From an uncultured virus (IMG/VR IMGVR_UViG_3300037067_013648) (lineage: Duplodnaviria; Heunggongvirae; Uroviricota; Caudoviricetes), in the IMG/VR virus record IMGVR_UViG_3300037067_013648: 64,000 nucleotides of DNA; one strand, written 5' to 3'. The translations under genes and the position numbers were made by a program. The notes under the pieces are model-generated. The model did not search any database. It was not told the DNA's origin and saw only the letters and a list, made by a program, of their open reading frames with translations. Of the stretch, positions 18,598 through 27,676 are shown in pieces; within the stretch, counting starts at the first letter, position 1; each line of letters starts with the position of its first letter.

Positions 18598-18762
18598 ATG
18601 TACATTTTCGAAGTTCGTTATCGTGAGTATAGTGGTGCTTCGCCTAAGACTACTGAGGTTGAGGCTCATGATATCGAGAATGCTAGGAAGATGGTCAAGG
18701 AAAGTGTTGGATATGATTGTATTATTGAGAGCAGTAAGCGGATAAGTGACTCGACTGGTTAA
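18598..18762 (+). CDS. 54-aa hypothetical protein (not in the ORF track)
   Basis: Promoter motif plus AAGGAG RBS; MYIFEVRYREYSGASPKTTEVEAHDIENARKMV... Confidence 0.75.
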   Translation: MYIFEVRYREYSGASPKTTEVEAHDIENARKMVKESVGYDCIIESSKRISDSTG

Positions 18763-18763
18763 T

Positions 18764-19195
18764 ATGAAATTGTCTTCTCTTAATCGTTTACGTACTAAGG
18801 ATGAAAATCGTTGGTTAAAAGTTAATTCTTGTTTAATAAAAGAGAATAAAAGTTTTGATACTTTTGGGGTTAGTCGATATTTAATGGAGATGAGTATAAG
18901 TGACAAAAGAGAGGTATATAGTTTATTAATTATATTAATATCACATAAACTTAAAAGTAAATATCAGAGTAAGAAAAAGAGTCGTAGCTGGGATACATCT
19001 ATATTTATTTCTGCAACAGAATTAGAAAATATATTTAAAAGCAGTAAAACTCTTTATAACTATACCATTGACAATTTTAATGATATTTATACTAAATCAG
19101 TGAAAAAAGCGGTTATTGAAACTGGTTTATCAATTAATGATTTTCCATCAAAATGCGAGTGGACTATTAATGAATTACTGGATACTGATTTATGA
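18764..19195 (+). CDS. DUF29-family protein
   Basis: DKREVYSLLIILISHKLKSKYQ..KSRSW...AVIETGL..DFPSKCEWTINELL. Confidence 0.8.
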   Translation: MKLSSLNRLRTKDENRWLKVNSCLIKENKSFDTFGVSRYLMEMSISDKREVYSLLIILISHKLKSKYQSKKKSRSWDTSIFISATELENIFKSSKTLYNYTIDNFNDIYTKSVKKAVIETGLSINDFPSKCEWTINELLDTDL

Positions 19196-19632
19196 AATTT
19201 TCAACTATTTATCGTCTTCGTACCAAGGATGAAAATCGTTGGTTAGTTGTAAATGCTAAATTAATAAAAGAAAATAAAAAGTTTGATGTTAATGGTATTA
19301 GCAGATATTTATATGATATTAGTATTAGGAATGAAATAGAAGTTTACAGTTTGCTAGCTACAATAATTGCATATAGACTTAAAAATAAATATCAAAGTAA
19401 AAAGAAAAATTGTAATTTATCTGTAACTCAATATATTATTAAATTAAAATCTTTAATTACAGATAAATCATTATATAATTATATGATTAACAATTTTGAT
19501 AATATATATAATCATATAATTAAGGAAGCTTCTGTTGGTATGAATGTGCCTATTGAAAAATTTCCGATTAAATGTAAATGGTCTATTAGTGAATTATTAA
19601 TTTACAAAGATCTGTTAAAAAATAGTAAATGA
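19192..19632 (+). CDS. DUF29-family protein (diverged tandem paralog)
   Basis: Shares RLRTKDENRWL, EVYSLL, KYQSKKK and FPxKCxWxIxELL with the upstream gene. Confidence 0.75.
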   Translation: MKFSTIYRLRTKDENRWLVVNAKLIKENKKFDVNGISRYLYDISIRNEIEVYSLLATIIAYRLKNKYQSKKKNCNLSVTQYIIKLKSLITDKSLYNYMINNFDNIYNHIIKEASVGMNVPIEKFPIKCKWSISELLIYKDLLKNSK

Positions 19633-20210
19633 AAGAATATCGTAAAATATTTTTGGAATTAGCTCGTAATAGAGGACCAAAGTATAAAGGTTCCTTAAAA
19701 TTTAAAGATATTCTTGAAAGTAAATTATTAACAGAATCAATTTTTGATATTCTTAAAAATATTAAATCACCATATGCTATAATAGGTGGTCATGCAGTTG
19801 CTATTCATGGATACCCTCGTCTTACTGATGATTTAGATATACTTGTTAATAATCAAGATATTAACAAAATAATGAAAGATCTTAAGTTAATTTATATTGG
19901 ACCATTAAATATTGGTGGTATTACAGCTAAAACAAAGTTTGGAACTATTATAGATTTAGTTTCTTTAAATAAATCATGGGTTAGCGATGCAATTAATAGT
20001 GCTAGAAAAACTAAATATGGTATGGTGGTTTCTCGTCCATATTTAATGTTATTAAAAATGGAAGCATCGCGTGATATCCAGGATGATACTGATATTACCA
20101 AAATATTAAAGTTAATGAATGATAAAGAAATTATTGATTCTAAAAATCTTATTAAAGAATATTTACCAGATATGATTGATGATTTTAATAAAATGATAGA
20201 ATTATCGTAA
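19629..20210 (+). CDS. Pol-beta-superfamily nucleotidyltransferase (AbiEii/DUF6036-like)
   Basis: YAIIGGHAVAIHGYPRLTDDLDILV and LLKMEASRDIQDDTDI. Confidence 0.8.
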   Translation: MKEYRKIFLELARNRGPKYKGSLKFKDILESKLLTESIFDILKNIKSPYAIIGGHAVAIHGYPRLTDDLDILVNNQDINKIMKDLKLIYIGPLNIGGITAKTKFGTIIDLVSLNKSWVSDAINSARKTKYGMVVSRPYLMLLKMEASRDIQDDTDITKILKLMNDKEIIDSKNLIKEYLPDMIDDFNKMIELS

Positions 20211-20265
20211 CTTAAATATTAATAATTTACAAAGATCTGTTAAAAAATAATATAGGAGATATACA

Positions 20266-20793
20266 ATGATTAAGATTCTTACTATTCTTGCCATTTCTAC
20301 TGTGGGTTTTGCTGCCGATCAGCTTCCGCCTAGCACTTCGAATGCTGTTAAGGTATTCGATAATGAAATAGCTAAGGCTAAGGTTGAATATGATAAGCGT
20401 GAGGACGCTGCAAAGAAGGTACTTATTACGGCTCTAAAGAAAATTCAGGATACCGAGACTAAGGCTGGAAACCTTGAAAACGCTCTTGCTATCAAGAAGC
20501 GGATTGAAGAACTGACGCCAAAGGCTAGTGAATTAATGGGTGAAAATACTGATAAGATAATTATTGGCAAATGGAAAAAGGTTGATAATAATGAGATTAT
20601 CATCATTAACCAAGATGGTACTGGTAAAAGGAATAATGATAATATCAACTGGTCATTTAATGAAAATTCTAATGCGTATATAATTTCCTATCCTGATCAT
20701 CCAGATTGGACTGATAACATTGAATTAAAAAATAATGAAGTTGTAATGTCATTCAAATCTGGCGGATCAGTTAAATTAATAAAGACTAAATAA
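20266..20793 (+). CDS. Exported protein with a signal peptide
   Basis: MIKILTILAISTVGFA leader; TKAGNLENALAIKKRIEEL helix. Confidence 0.75.
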   Translation: MIKILTILAISTVGFAADQLPPSTSNAVKVFDNEIAKAKVEYDKREDAAKKVLITALKKIQDTETKAGNLENALAIKKRIEELTPKASELMGENTDKIIIGKWKKVDNNEIIIINQDGTGKRNNDNINWSFNENSNAYIISYPDHPDWTDNIELKNNEVVMSFKSGGSVKLIKTK

Positions 20794-20819
20794 TTAATAT
20801 ACTAGATAAATATAATAAG

Positions 20820-21650
20820 TTGATATCAGATTCTAGACAGTGTAAAAGCTGTCTAGAATTTTGTTTTTATACTGCTGCATTTGGAGAAAAATACGAAAAA
20901 TTAGCACAGGTTTTAGGTTATAGTATGAATAAATTTGGTTTAACATTAAATGTATTCACTAATGCTAAAAAATTAAACTATTGTAATATTATAAAGATTG
21001 ATGAATTTATTAATGATGGATATCATTTTAAAATTCATTATTTAAAAACAATAAGTAAACTAATAAGTTCAAAATATTATATATGGATAGATTGTGATTG
21101 TTATTTTTTCAAAAATCCACTTGACTACATTTATAAATTTGAAAATTTTGATTTTGTTTTTTTTCCAGAAATTAATCTTTTATTAAATAAAATTAATAAA
21201 TGGTCTGGTGTTTTCATACAAGACATGATAAAAATTTGCGATATTATTAAAGTTAAACCATTATTATATAATTGTAACGGTGGATTATTTATAATAAGTA
21301 ATTTATATGTTAATGACTTTTTTGATAAAATAATGAAAATAAAAGCATTAGGTGGTAAAAAATGGACAGATGAGCATTCATATTCAATAATGATGGCTAG
21401 TAATTATAGTAAAGATGATTATAATAATACATTATATTTTTCTAATTTAAATTTATTTTTTTGTGATACATTAAAAATATCTAATAAATTTATGAAAAAT
21501 AATATAAATAATAAAATTTCTTGTTATGAAACAGTTAATTTTTTTAATAAGAATGAATTTTATAAATTAAATGAATGTCCATGTATTATTCATTTTTTAT
21601 TTGATGAAACGATATTATTAAATGAATATAATAAATTATTCAATAAATGA
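20820..21650 (+). CDS. GT-A fold glycosyltransferase
   Basis: YIWIDCD (DxD), NGGLF, WTDE and IIHF. Confidence 0.7.
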   Translation: MISDSRQCKSCLEFCFYTAAFGEKYEKLAQVLGYSMNKFGLTLNVFTNAKKLNYCNIIKIDEFINDGYHFKIHYLKTISKLISSKYYIWIDCDCYFFKNPLDYIYKFENFDFVFFPEINLLLNKINKWSGVFIQDMIKICDIIKVKPLLYNCNGGLFIISNLYVNDFFDKIMKIKALGGKKWTDEHSYSIMMASNYSKDDYNNTLYFSNLNLFFCDTLKISNKFMKNNINNKISCYETVNFFNKNEFYKLNECPCIIHFLFDETILLNEYNKLFNK

Positions 21651-22292
21651 AGGATTGTACCTATATTTTGACTTGATATTTTTATATTGTATATCTGTAT
21701 TAAAATTAGTAGATTGTTTAACAAAACTTATTGAAGTTGAATAAGAAATAAATTGGCTATTCATATAAAATTTGTCAATTACTAGATTATTATTTTTTGA
21801 TAAATTTAAAATTTTATCAACTGATTTATTATTAATTATATAAAAATGGGTTCCAAATGGTGCCGCTTTTAACCATTTAATATTATTATTTTTCCTAAAA
21901 GTATTATAAAAAAATAATAAATCGTATTCCTTTGGAATTATTTTAATAAAATCAGCAATTTTATTAAAATAATTTGCTATGATTATATCATCTTCAATAA
22001 TTAAAAATGGACTTTTGCTATTATGATTGTTTTCTATTATAGTCAAATGTGATTCAGCACATCCTCTTGCTCCAATTGATTCATATTTTCCTTTATCTTT
22101 AAAAATTAATCCAGGAAATCTTGTATATTTTATATTTACTTTATTTAATTCTTTTATTGAGTGGCTTAAACGATCAATTCTTGAATCTAAATTTATTAAA
22201 TATGCATTATTAAATAAATCAAACTTTAAATAATTATTGTTTTTTGAAATTTGATTATTAATTTTTTCTAAGTATTTTAATGTTTTATTCAT
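21636..22292 (-). CDS. Glycosyltransferase family 25-like
   Basis: AYLINLDSRIDR, GARGCAESHL and LIIEDD. Confidence 0.85.
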   Translation of the reverse strand: MNKTLKYLEKINNQISKNNNYLKFDLFNNAYLINLDSRIDRLSHSIKELNKVNIKYTRFPGLIFKDKGKYESIGARGCAESHLTIIENNHNSKSPFLIIEDDIIIANYFNKIADFIKIIPKEYDLLFFYNTFRKNNNIKWLKAAPFGTHFYIINNKSVDKILNLSKNNNLVIDKFYMNSQFISYSTSISFVKQSTNFNTDIQYKNIKSKYRYNPSFIE

Positions 22293-22998
22293 GAAACATC
22301 TTTTTTATTCTTGACATTTTTTCTTTTATATCTTGACCACAAAAATGATATATTGATCCATCTGGCTTAGTGTTAAACATCCATTTTTCTGAACTTATTA
22401 AATTTTTAATTTCATGATATTTATAATTACCAACTATTAATAATTTATTTAATGACGATTGATCTTCATATTTACCATTAATTAAATTCCTCCATTTTTC
22501 AAAAATATTAATTTTTGTTATTAAAACTCCTGAATTTATAGCATATTTATCACTGTATTTTGTTATTTCTTCATTATTCATTTTTTGAGTAAACCAAAAT
22601 TTATATTTATTTCTACATTGACCTATTTTAATAGTTTGTACTGAGACACCAATATCATTATTATTTATATCCCATATTTTATAAAAATTTTTTAATGGTA
22701 TTGCATCAGCATCTAAATACATTATTTTATCATAATCATTTATATTTATATATTTATCTATAAATGCACGGCCAATAGTTGGATCACCATTATATTTAAA
22801 TAATCTTATATTTGGTATGTGTATATCATGATCTGTTAAAAGCACAATATCATCATTATAATATTTTTTAAGTTCATTTATATTTATTTTAATGATATCT
22901 AAATATCTTCCAGTTGCACAATAGTATACTAATTTTTTTTCAATTTTATTTCCAATTTTTTTATTAATATTTTGTATATAATTTAATGTAAAATTCAT
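22285..22998 (-). CDS. GT8-like glycosyltransferase
   Basis: IMYLDAD, INSGV, EDQSSLN and IYHFCG. Confidence 0.75.
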   Translation of the reverse strand: MNFTLNYIQNINKKIGNKIEKKLVYYCATGRYLDIIKININELKKYYNDDIVLLTDHDIHIPNIRLFKYNGDPTIGRAFIDKYININDYDKIMYLDADAIPLKNFYKIWDINNNDIGVSVQTIKIGQCRNKYKFWFTQKMNNEEITKYSDKYAINSGVLITKINIFEKWRNLINGKYEDQSSLNKLLIVGNYKYHEIKNLISSEKWMFNTKPDGSIYHFCGQDIKEKMSRIKKMFHE

Positions 22999-23057
22999 AT
23001 ATAATATATTTACTGTACTATTAAAATTTGTTATAAACTAGTAGATAGGGAGGGTTT

Positions 23058-23234
23058 ATGAAAATAGATCTTACCAGTGATTTTACTAATAAAGATATGG
23101 AAAATATTATTAAATTAGCTAATGGTGAAGCTGAAAATGAAGCTGAATTAATTGAATCTTATAATAAATTCATAAATTGTTTTGGACCAAAAACTATACA
23201 GAAACAATCTGAATATATTAATATTTTAAATTGA
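23058..23234 (+). CDS. 58-aa hypothetical protein (not in the ORF track)
   Basis: TGTTATAAA motif and GGGAGG RBS; MKIDLTSDFTNKDMENIIKLANG... Confidence 0.65.
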   Translation: MKIDLTSDFTNKDMENIIKLANGEAENEAELIESYNKFINCFGPKTIQKQSEYINILN

Positions 23235-23867
23235 TACTAATCTTCCGCTTACTGCTTTTTTATTTTCAAATGCTTTAGATATTCCAATCTTTTTAGCTTT
23301 GTAATTATTTTGGTCGTATGGATTTAATTTATACCATTTATTCTTTTCATCAATTAATTCAGTAGCTAATTGATTAAAATCAGTATTAAGTATTAATGTT
23401 GATAATTTAGAAGCTGCAACATGTATTTCATCATAATTACGTGAATCATATTCAATATTAATTAATTCAAAATAATTATTATCGTCTATATAATCAACTG
23501 AAAATGTTATACCATACTTATTTTTAATAGCCAATAATTTCCTAAGTTCTGGTCTTTTACTGCATAATTTTTCTATTTGCAATCTTGCTTTACCTTCATA
23601 TGAATACCTATGGTATATTAAGTTATGATCTAAACAGATATGTTGTCTATCATTTTGTTGAATCCAAGTATCACATACGCTAAAATAATTAACAGGAATT
23701 TCAAAATAATTATGTATTGATCTTTCTAAAGTTGTTAATTTATATCCATCTTTATCAAAATAATTTAAGTGTTCATATAATAATAAGTCTGTTGGTATTT
23801 CTTCTGATATTGTTATGTTTTCAATAAAATTAGTTTTGTGGAACTTGAAGATATTTTGTCCAAACAT
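23226..23867 (-). CDS. Hypothetical phage protein
   Basis: 213 aa; AGGAG RBS; GTATTTT motif upstream. Confidence 0.7.
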   Translation of the reverse strand: MFGQNIFKFHKTNFIENITISEEIPTDLLLYEHLNYFDKDGYKLTTLERSIHNYFEIPVNYFSVCDTWIQQNDRQHICLDHNLIYHRYSYEGKARLQIEKLCSKRPELRKLLAIKNKYGITFSVDYIDDNNYFELINIEYDSRNYDEIHVAASKLSTLILNTDFNQLATELIDEKNKWYKLNPYDQNNYKAKKIGISKAFENKKAVSGRLVSI

Positions 23868-23909
23868 TTTATTCTCCTATATATAAAATACATAGAAAAT
23901 ATATAATAT

Positions 23910-24647
23910 ATGGATTCAGTATTTGTTAGTAATAATGGTAGAATGCGAGTAGCTGATAAATTATTGTATAGATATAAAACTAAAATTTCTAAATCTACTG
24001 GTGAACCTGCTCCAAAGATTGTTACTAATGTTTTCAGTTTTTCTGCTTATGGACTTGGTGATCAATGTAGATTAGTTAACTATTTAATTAAACAAAAATG
24101 TAATAATAGCATTATAATAGTAAGAAGACCATTATTAAATGGTATTATTTATAAATTGTTTGACCATAATAATAGTAATAATATATTTTTTGCTAATCAT
24201 GGATACAGTGGTAAGATGATATATTTGAAACATGTTAATATAGGTAAATATGAAAAACTTACTAATTGTTGGAAAGAGAATAATTCTAAGAGAATTTTTA
24301 TTCAATTAGATGGTGCACATTCTAATGCTAATAATAAGAATTGTTCTAATGATGATATATTAAGATTTTATCATTGTTTTAGAGAATATGAAATAATTGA
24401 TGTTAATAAAATTAATGATATTAATAAGTGTGTTGAACTGATGTCTAAATCAAGATTATTTATTGGTATAGAAAGTGGTTGGTCACATATTGCTCATAGT
24501 TCTGGCATACCATGTATTATTTTAAAAAATAATCAAGTTAATAAGAAATTTGTTAATTATCATATTGGTAATAATTTTACATTGTATAAAAATATAAATG
24601 ATTTAATATTGAATTTTGATATTAACAAATATAAACCTAATTATTAA
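23910..24647 (+). CDS. GT9 (heptosyltransferase)-like GT-B glycosyltransferase
   Basis: GLGD and LFIGIESGWSHIAHSSGIPCIIL. Confidence 0.75.
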   Translation: MDSVFVSNNGRMRVADKLLYRYKTKISKSTGEPAPKIVTNVFSFSAYGLGDQCRLVNYLIKQKCNNSIIIVRRPLLNGIIYKLFDHNNSNNIFFANHGYSGKMIYLKHVNIGKYEKLTNCWKENNSKRIFIQLDGAHSNANNKNCSNDDILRFYHCFREYEIIDVNKINDINKCVELMSKSRLFIGIESGWSHIAHSSGIPCIILKNNQVNKKFVNYHIGNNFTLYKNINDLILNFDINKYKPNY

Positions 24648-24673
24648 TAAATTGGTTTAAACAAAAATAAATT

Positions 24674-25357
24674 ATGAAATTATCATTAATAAATGAATCT
24701 ATATTAAACACTAAATCTAAAGAAGATATTTTAAAAATTGGTGAAGAAAAAATTATTAAAATTTTAATTCCATCTATTAAAAGTATTGCTAAAAAATATG
24801 AAAATGCAGCAGCAAGTTTTGATGAATTAGTATCTGAAGGAATGTCATCAATATCTCAAGCTATTGAAAATTTTAAAGATGGCCAAATGGCATTTTCAAA
24901 TTATATTTATTATTATATTTCTTCTGCTATTAAGAGATTTTCTAATAAATCATCTGTTGTTAGTGATATGCCTCAAACTGAAGATGGTAAAAATGTTGGA
25001 TATAATGTTAGTAAAATTCAACATCTTCATGGTGTAAATCCAGAAATAGTTGATGATTCAAGTGAAAAAACAAATACAACTATGTTAGTTAATAAAGCTT
25101 TAAATAGAGCTTTTAAACTTGGTGATATTTCTGAAAAAGAATTAATGATAATACAACTTTTGTTTGGAATTAGGAATGGTAAAAGTGCAGAACCAAAGAC
25201 TCCTAAAGAAATTGCTGATGCGGTTGGAGTTAGTATGGTTAGAATTTCTCAAATTAAAACTAAAGCATTAGAAGCTATTAAAAATCTATATGGATCATTT
25301 GAAAATATGAAAAATATACATGAAGCTTTATATAAAGTAATTATGAAAATAATATAA
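24674..25357 (+). CDS. Phage sigma-70-family sigma factor (regions 2 and 4)
   Basis: SIAKKY..FDELVSEG..AIENF..FSNYIYYYI (region 2); LLFGI..KTPKEIADAVGVSMVRISQIKTKAL (region 4 HTH). Confidence 0.88.
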   Translation: MKLSLINESILNTKSKEDILKIGEEKIIKILIPSIKSIAKKYENAAASFDELVSEGMSSISQAIENFKDGQMAFSNYIYYYISSAIKRFSNKSSVVSDMPQTEDGKNVGYNVSKIQHLHGVNPEIVDDSSEKTNTTMLVNKALNRAFKLGDISEKELMIIQLLFGIRNGKSAEPKTPKEIADAVGVSMVRISQIKTKALEAIKNLYGSFENMKNIHEALYKVIMKII

Positions 25358-25419
25358 ATATAGGCTAAGTAATATATTAATATTATATGTAAATTTGTTA
25401 TAAAAATATAGGTAATAAT

Positions 25420-25818
25420 ATGCTATTCTGTGCTCATAACGATATTGAGACTGGAATTAAGATACTTGTTGATAATAATAGTCTTGAAGTAATTGTCTGT
25501 GATAGTACTAATAAATATAGTAATTCATATGAATCGGCTATTTCTGATAAAGTACTATATGGATTTATTAATAATCAATTAGTTTTAATTAATATCGAAG
25601 ATAATACTGTGGAATGGCTTCTTTGTCACAGGCAGACAATTGAAGTGGCCAACTATGACAGAAATATTGCTAATAAATGCAGACTTAAGTCTGATAATTT
25701 TCCTAATAATACCAATAAATTAGAAATTAGAAAATTAGAAGCAAGGCTTAAAGAACATGGATATACCAATGCCAAATTGAATGATATGTATGACATTGCT
25801 ATCAAATATACAGAATGA
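25420..25818 (+). CDS. Hypothetical protein
   Basis: Promoter motif upstream; shares LKEHGxTN with the next gene. Confidence 0.65.
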   Translation: MLFCAHNDIETGIKILVDNNSLEVIVCDSTNKYSNSYESAISDKVLYGFINNQLVLINIEDNTVEWLLCHRQTIEVANYDRNIANKCRLKSDNFPNNTNKLEIRKLEARLKEHGYTNAKLNDMYDIAIKYTE

Positions 25819-26699
25819 GATTACTAGTATTATTTGAAGGATCTTTTGAAAATAAAGGTATAATTACTGGACTTGAAAAGAATTTAAAAGAACATGGTTG
25901 GACTAATACCATGTTTAATAAAGCCTATGAACAAGCACATGAATTAACAAAAAAACAAAATAAACAACAAGATTCTAAAGGTGGCCTTAAACCAATGTTT
26001 GGCCAATCAGTTCAATCTTTAGGATTAACTAAAACTGCTAGTGATTATTATAAAGAAATATTACAAAACAATTGGGATAAAATAGATAATGATAAATTAT
26101 CAAATGATAAAGGTGATGAAATAACTGATGCTGATATTGAAGGACACATTCCAGCAGAACATACAACTGATATAGTTTCTGAACCAAAAACTAAATCCGT
26201 AAAAGATGAATCTGTAATAGACGCTCTACAATTACTAGCTAAAAATCTTGGACCACTTGGTAAAGATAAAACATTAGTAATTGCAGCAAGATTTGGAATT
26301 GACAGAGAATTAATAGAAGGTGCAGGACTTGGATCATTACCACCAAATTATAATGATGAAGATGTTTGGAATTTATTAAGTATATCCAAAGATAAAAGAA
26401 CTGGTAAACCAATCAAATTCGTAGATAGTACTTGGCAACCATTTTATATTGATGCAGTTGATAGTTTACAAGATTTGCCAAATGATGTAAGAGAACATAT
26501 TGTTGAAATGCTAACTTCAGATGATCCAAAAGAAACTACCTATCCAGTAAAAAATGATAATTCAATGATGGATGATCCAACCATTAATAAAAATATTAAA
26601 AAAGTATATGAAGCCAAATTAATCAAAGACTTAGTAATAGAATCAAATGACAGTATAAATATTATTGAAGCCGGAACAATAATATTAATAACAAAATAA
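25815..26699 (+). CDS. Probable internal head protein
   Basis: MRLLVLFE leader; C-terminal DLVIE..AGT motif. Confidence 0.6.
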   Translation: MRLLVLFEGSFENKGIITGLEKNLKEHGWTNTMFNKAYEQAHELTKKQNKQQDSKGGLKPMFGQSVQSLGLTKTASDYYKEILQNNWDKIDNDKLSNDKGDEITDADIEGHIPAEHTTDIVSEPKTKSVKDESVIDALQLLAKNLGPLGKDKTLVIAARFGIDRELIEGAGLGSLPPNYNDEDVWNLLSISKDKRTGKPIKFVDSTWQPFYIDAVDSLQDLPNDVREHIVEMLTSDDPKETTYPVKNDNSMMDDPTINKNIKKVYEAKLIKDLVIESNDSINIIEAGTIILITK

Positions 26700-26705
26700 T
26701 CTAAA

Positions 26706-27059
26706 ATGAAATTATCATTTATAAACGAATCAATTGATATAACTGGTAAACTAGACCAGTTAATTAATAAATTCGAAAAATTAAGGACAACTGATTCTGA
26801 AAATAATTTAAATTATAAACTAATAATAGAAATATTAGAACAAATAACAACATTAGAAGACTTAAAAAAACAAATAAAATTGATGGCTAGTAATCTAAAA
26901 GATGAACGAACAGAATTAATTAAACTAAAATCAAAACTGGATCCAGAGGCTAACTTCCAAAAAGAAACCTATAATAATAGATATGAATCATTTAAAAAAT
27001 CAATGGATATATATAATAGTATAATTGAATATGGAAAAATTATGAAATGGTGGAATTAA
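26706..27059 (+). CDS. Probable internal head protein (coiled coil)
   Basis: MKLSFINES leader. Confidence 0.6.
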   Translation: MKLSFINESIDITGKLDQLINKFEKLRTTDSENNLNYKLIIEILEQITTLEDLKKQIKLMASNLKDERTELIKLKSKLDPEANFQKETYNNRYESFKKSMDIYNSIIEYGKIMKWWN

Positions 27060-27619
27060 AATTTTGGTACTTCAATAGTATAGTCTTTTAATTCTTTATC
27101 AATTTCAGTAGACCAAATATTATGCTTCTCCTGGGCAATACGCCGATCTTCGGCTGCCTTAGCCTCTATTTCAGCAATCTCCCTTAAACTTAATTTCCTT
27201 AAACTTGAACCTGAATTTCCGATACGGTATTCAGTACTGTTAATATCTAGGATTGCCATATAAATAGAAAAAATTAATGAGAGAATAGTTAAAATAATCA
27301 TAAAAGCTGTAAAATCAGCACCCCATCTAGGTATATCATTAATATTAAGAATAAATAAAGTTATAAACATACAAGGAAGACCATGTGCAAAATATGATAT
27401 AAATCCGATAAAACTAATAAACCCATCACCACATGGTGACATCATAGTCCAAAAATTAGCACGAACATCTTTATCAACTTTCTTCCATTTATTATACTTA
27501 ATAGGACAAATAATAAATAATTGTGTTAATATACCATATATAATAGTAGCAATTAAAAGTATTATCATAACATCTGAACTATTTTTATTGTCTGAATCTT
27601 TTTTATTATCTTCTGACAT
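27056..27619 (-). CDS. Multi-TM membrane protein
   Basis: Three hydrophobic segments; AAGGAA RBS. Confidence 0.7.
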   Translation of the reverse strand: MSEDNKKDSDNKNSSDVMIILLIATIIYGILTQLFIICPIKYNKWKKVDKDVRANFWTMMSPCGDGFISFIGFISYFAHGLPCMFITLFILNINDIPRWGADFTAFMIILTILSLIFSIYMAILDINSTEYRIGNSGSSLRKLSLREIAEIEAKAAEDRRIAQEKHNIWSTEIDKELKDYTIEVPKF

Positions 27620-27676
27620 ATATTTATTCCTTATTAATTTTTAACAGATAAATAATTCTGGTTAAATATAATTCAG

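Noticed and set aside
16711..18600. TIGR or CRISPR array near the IS110-like gene
   Set aside because: No periodic repeat-spacer structure; the only hairpin is the csp terminator and the downstream sequence is coding
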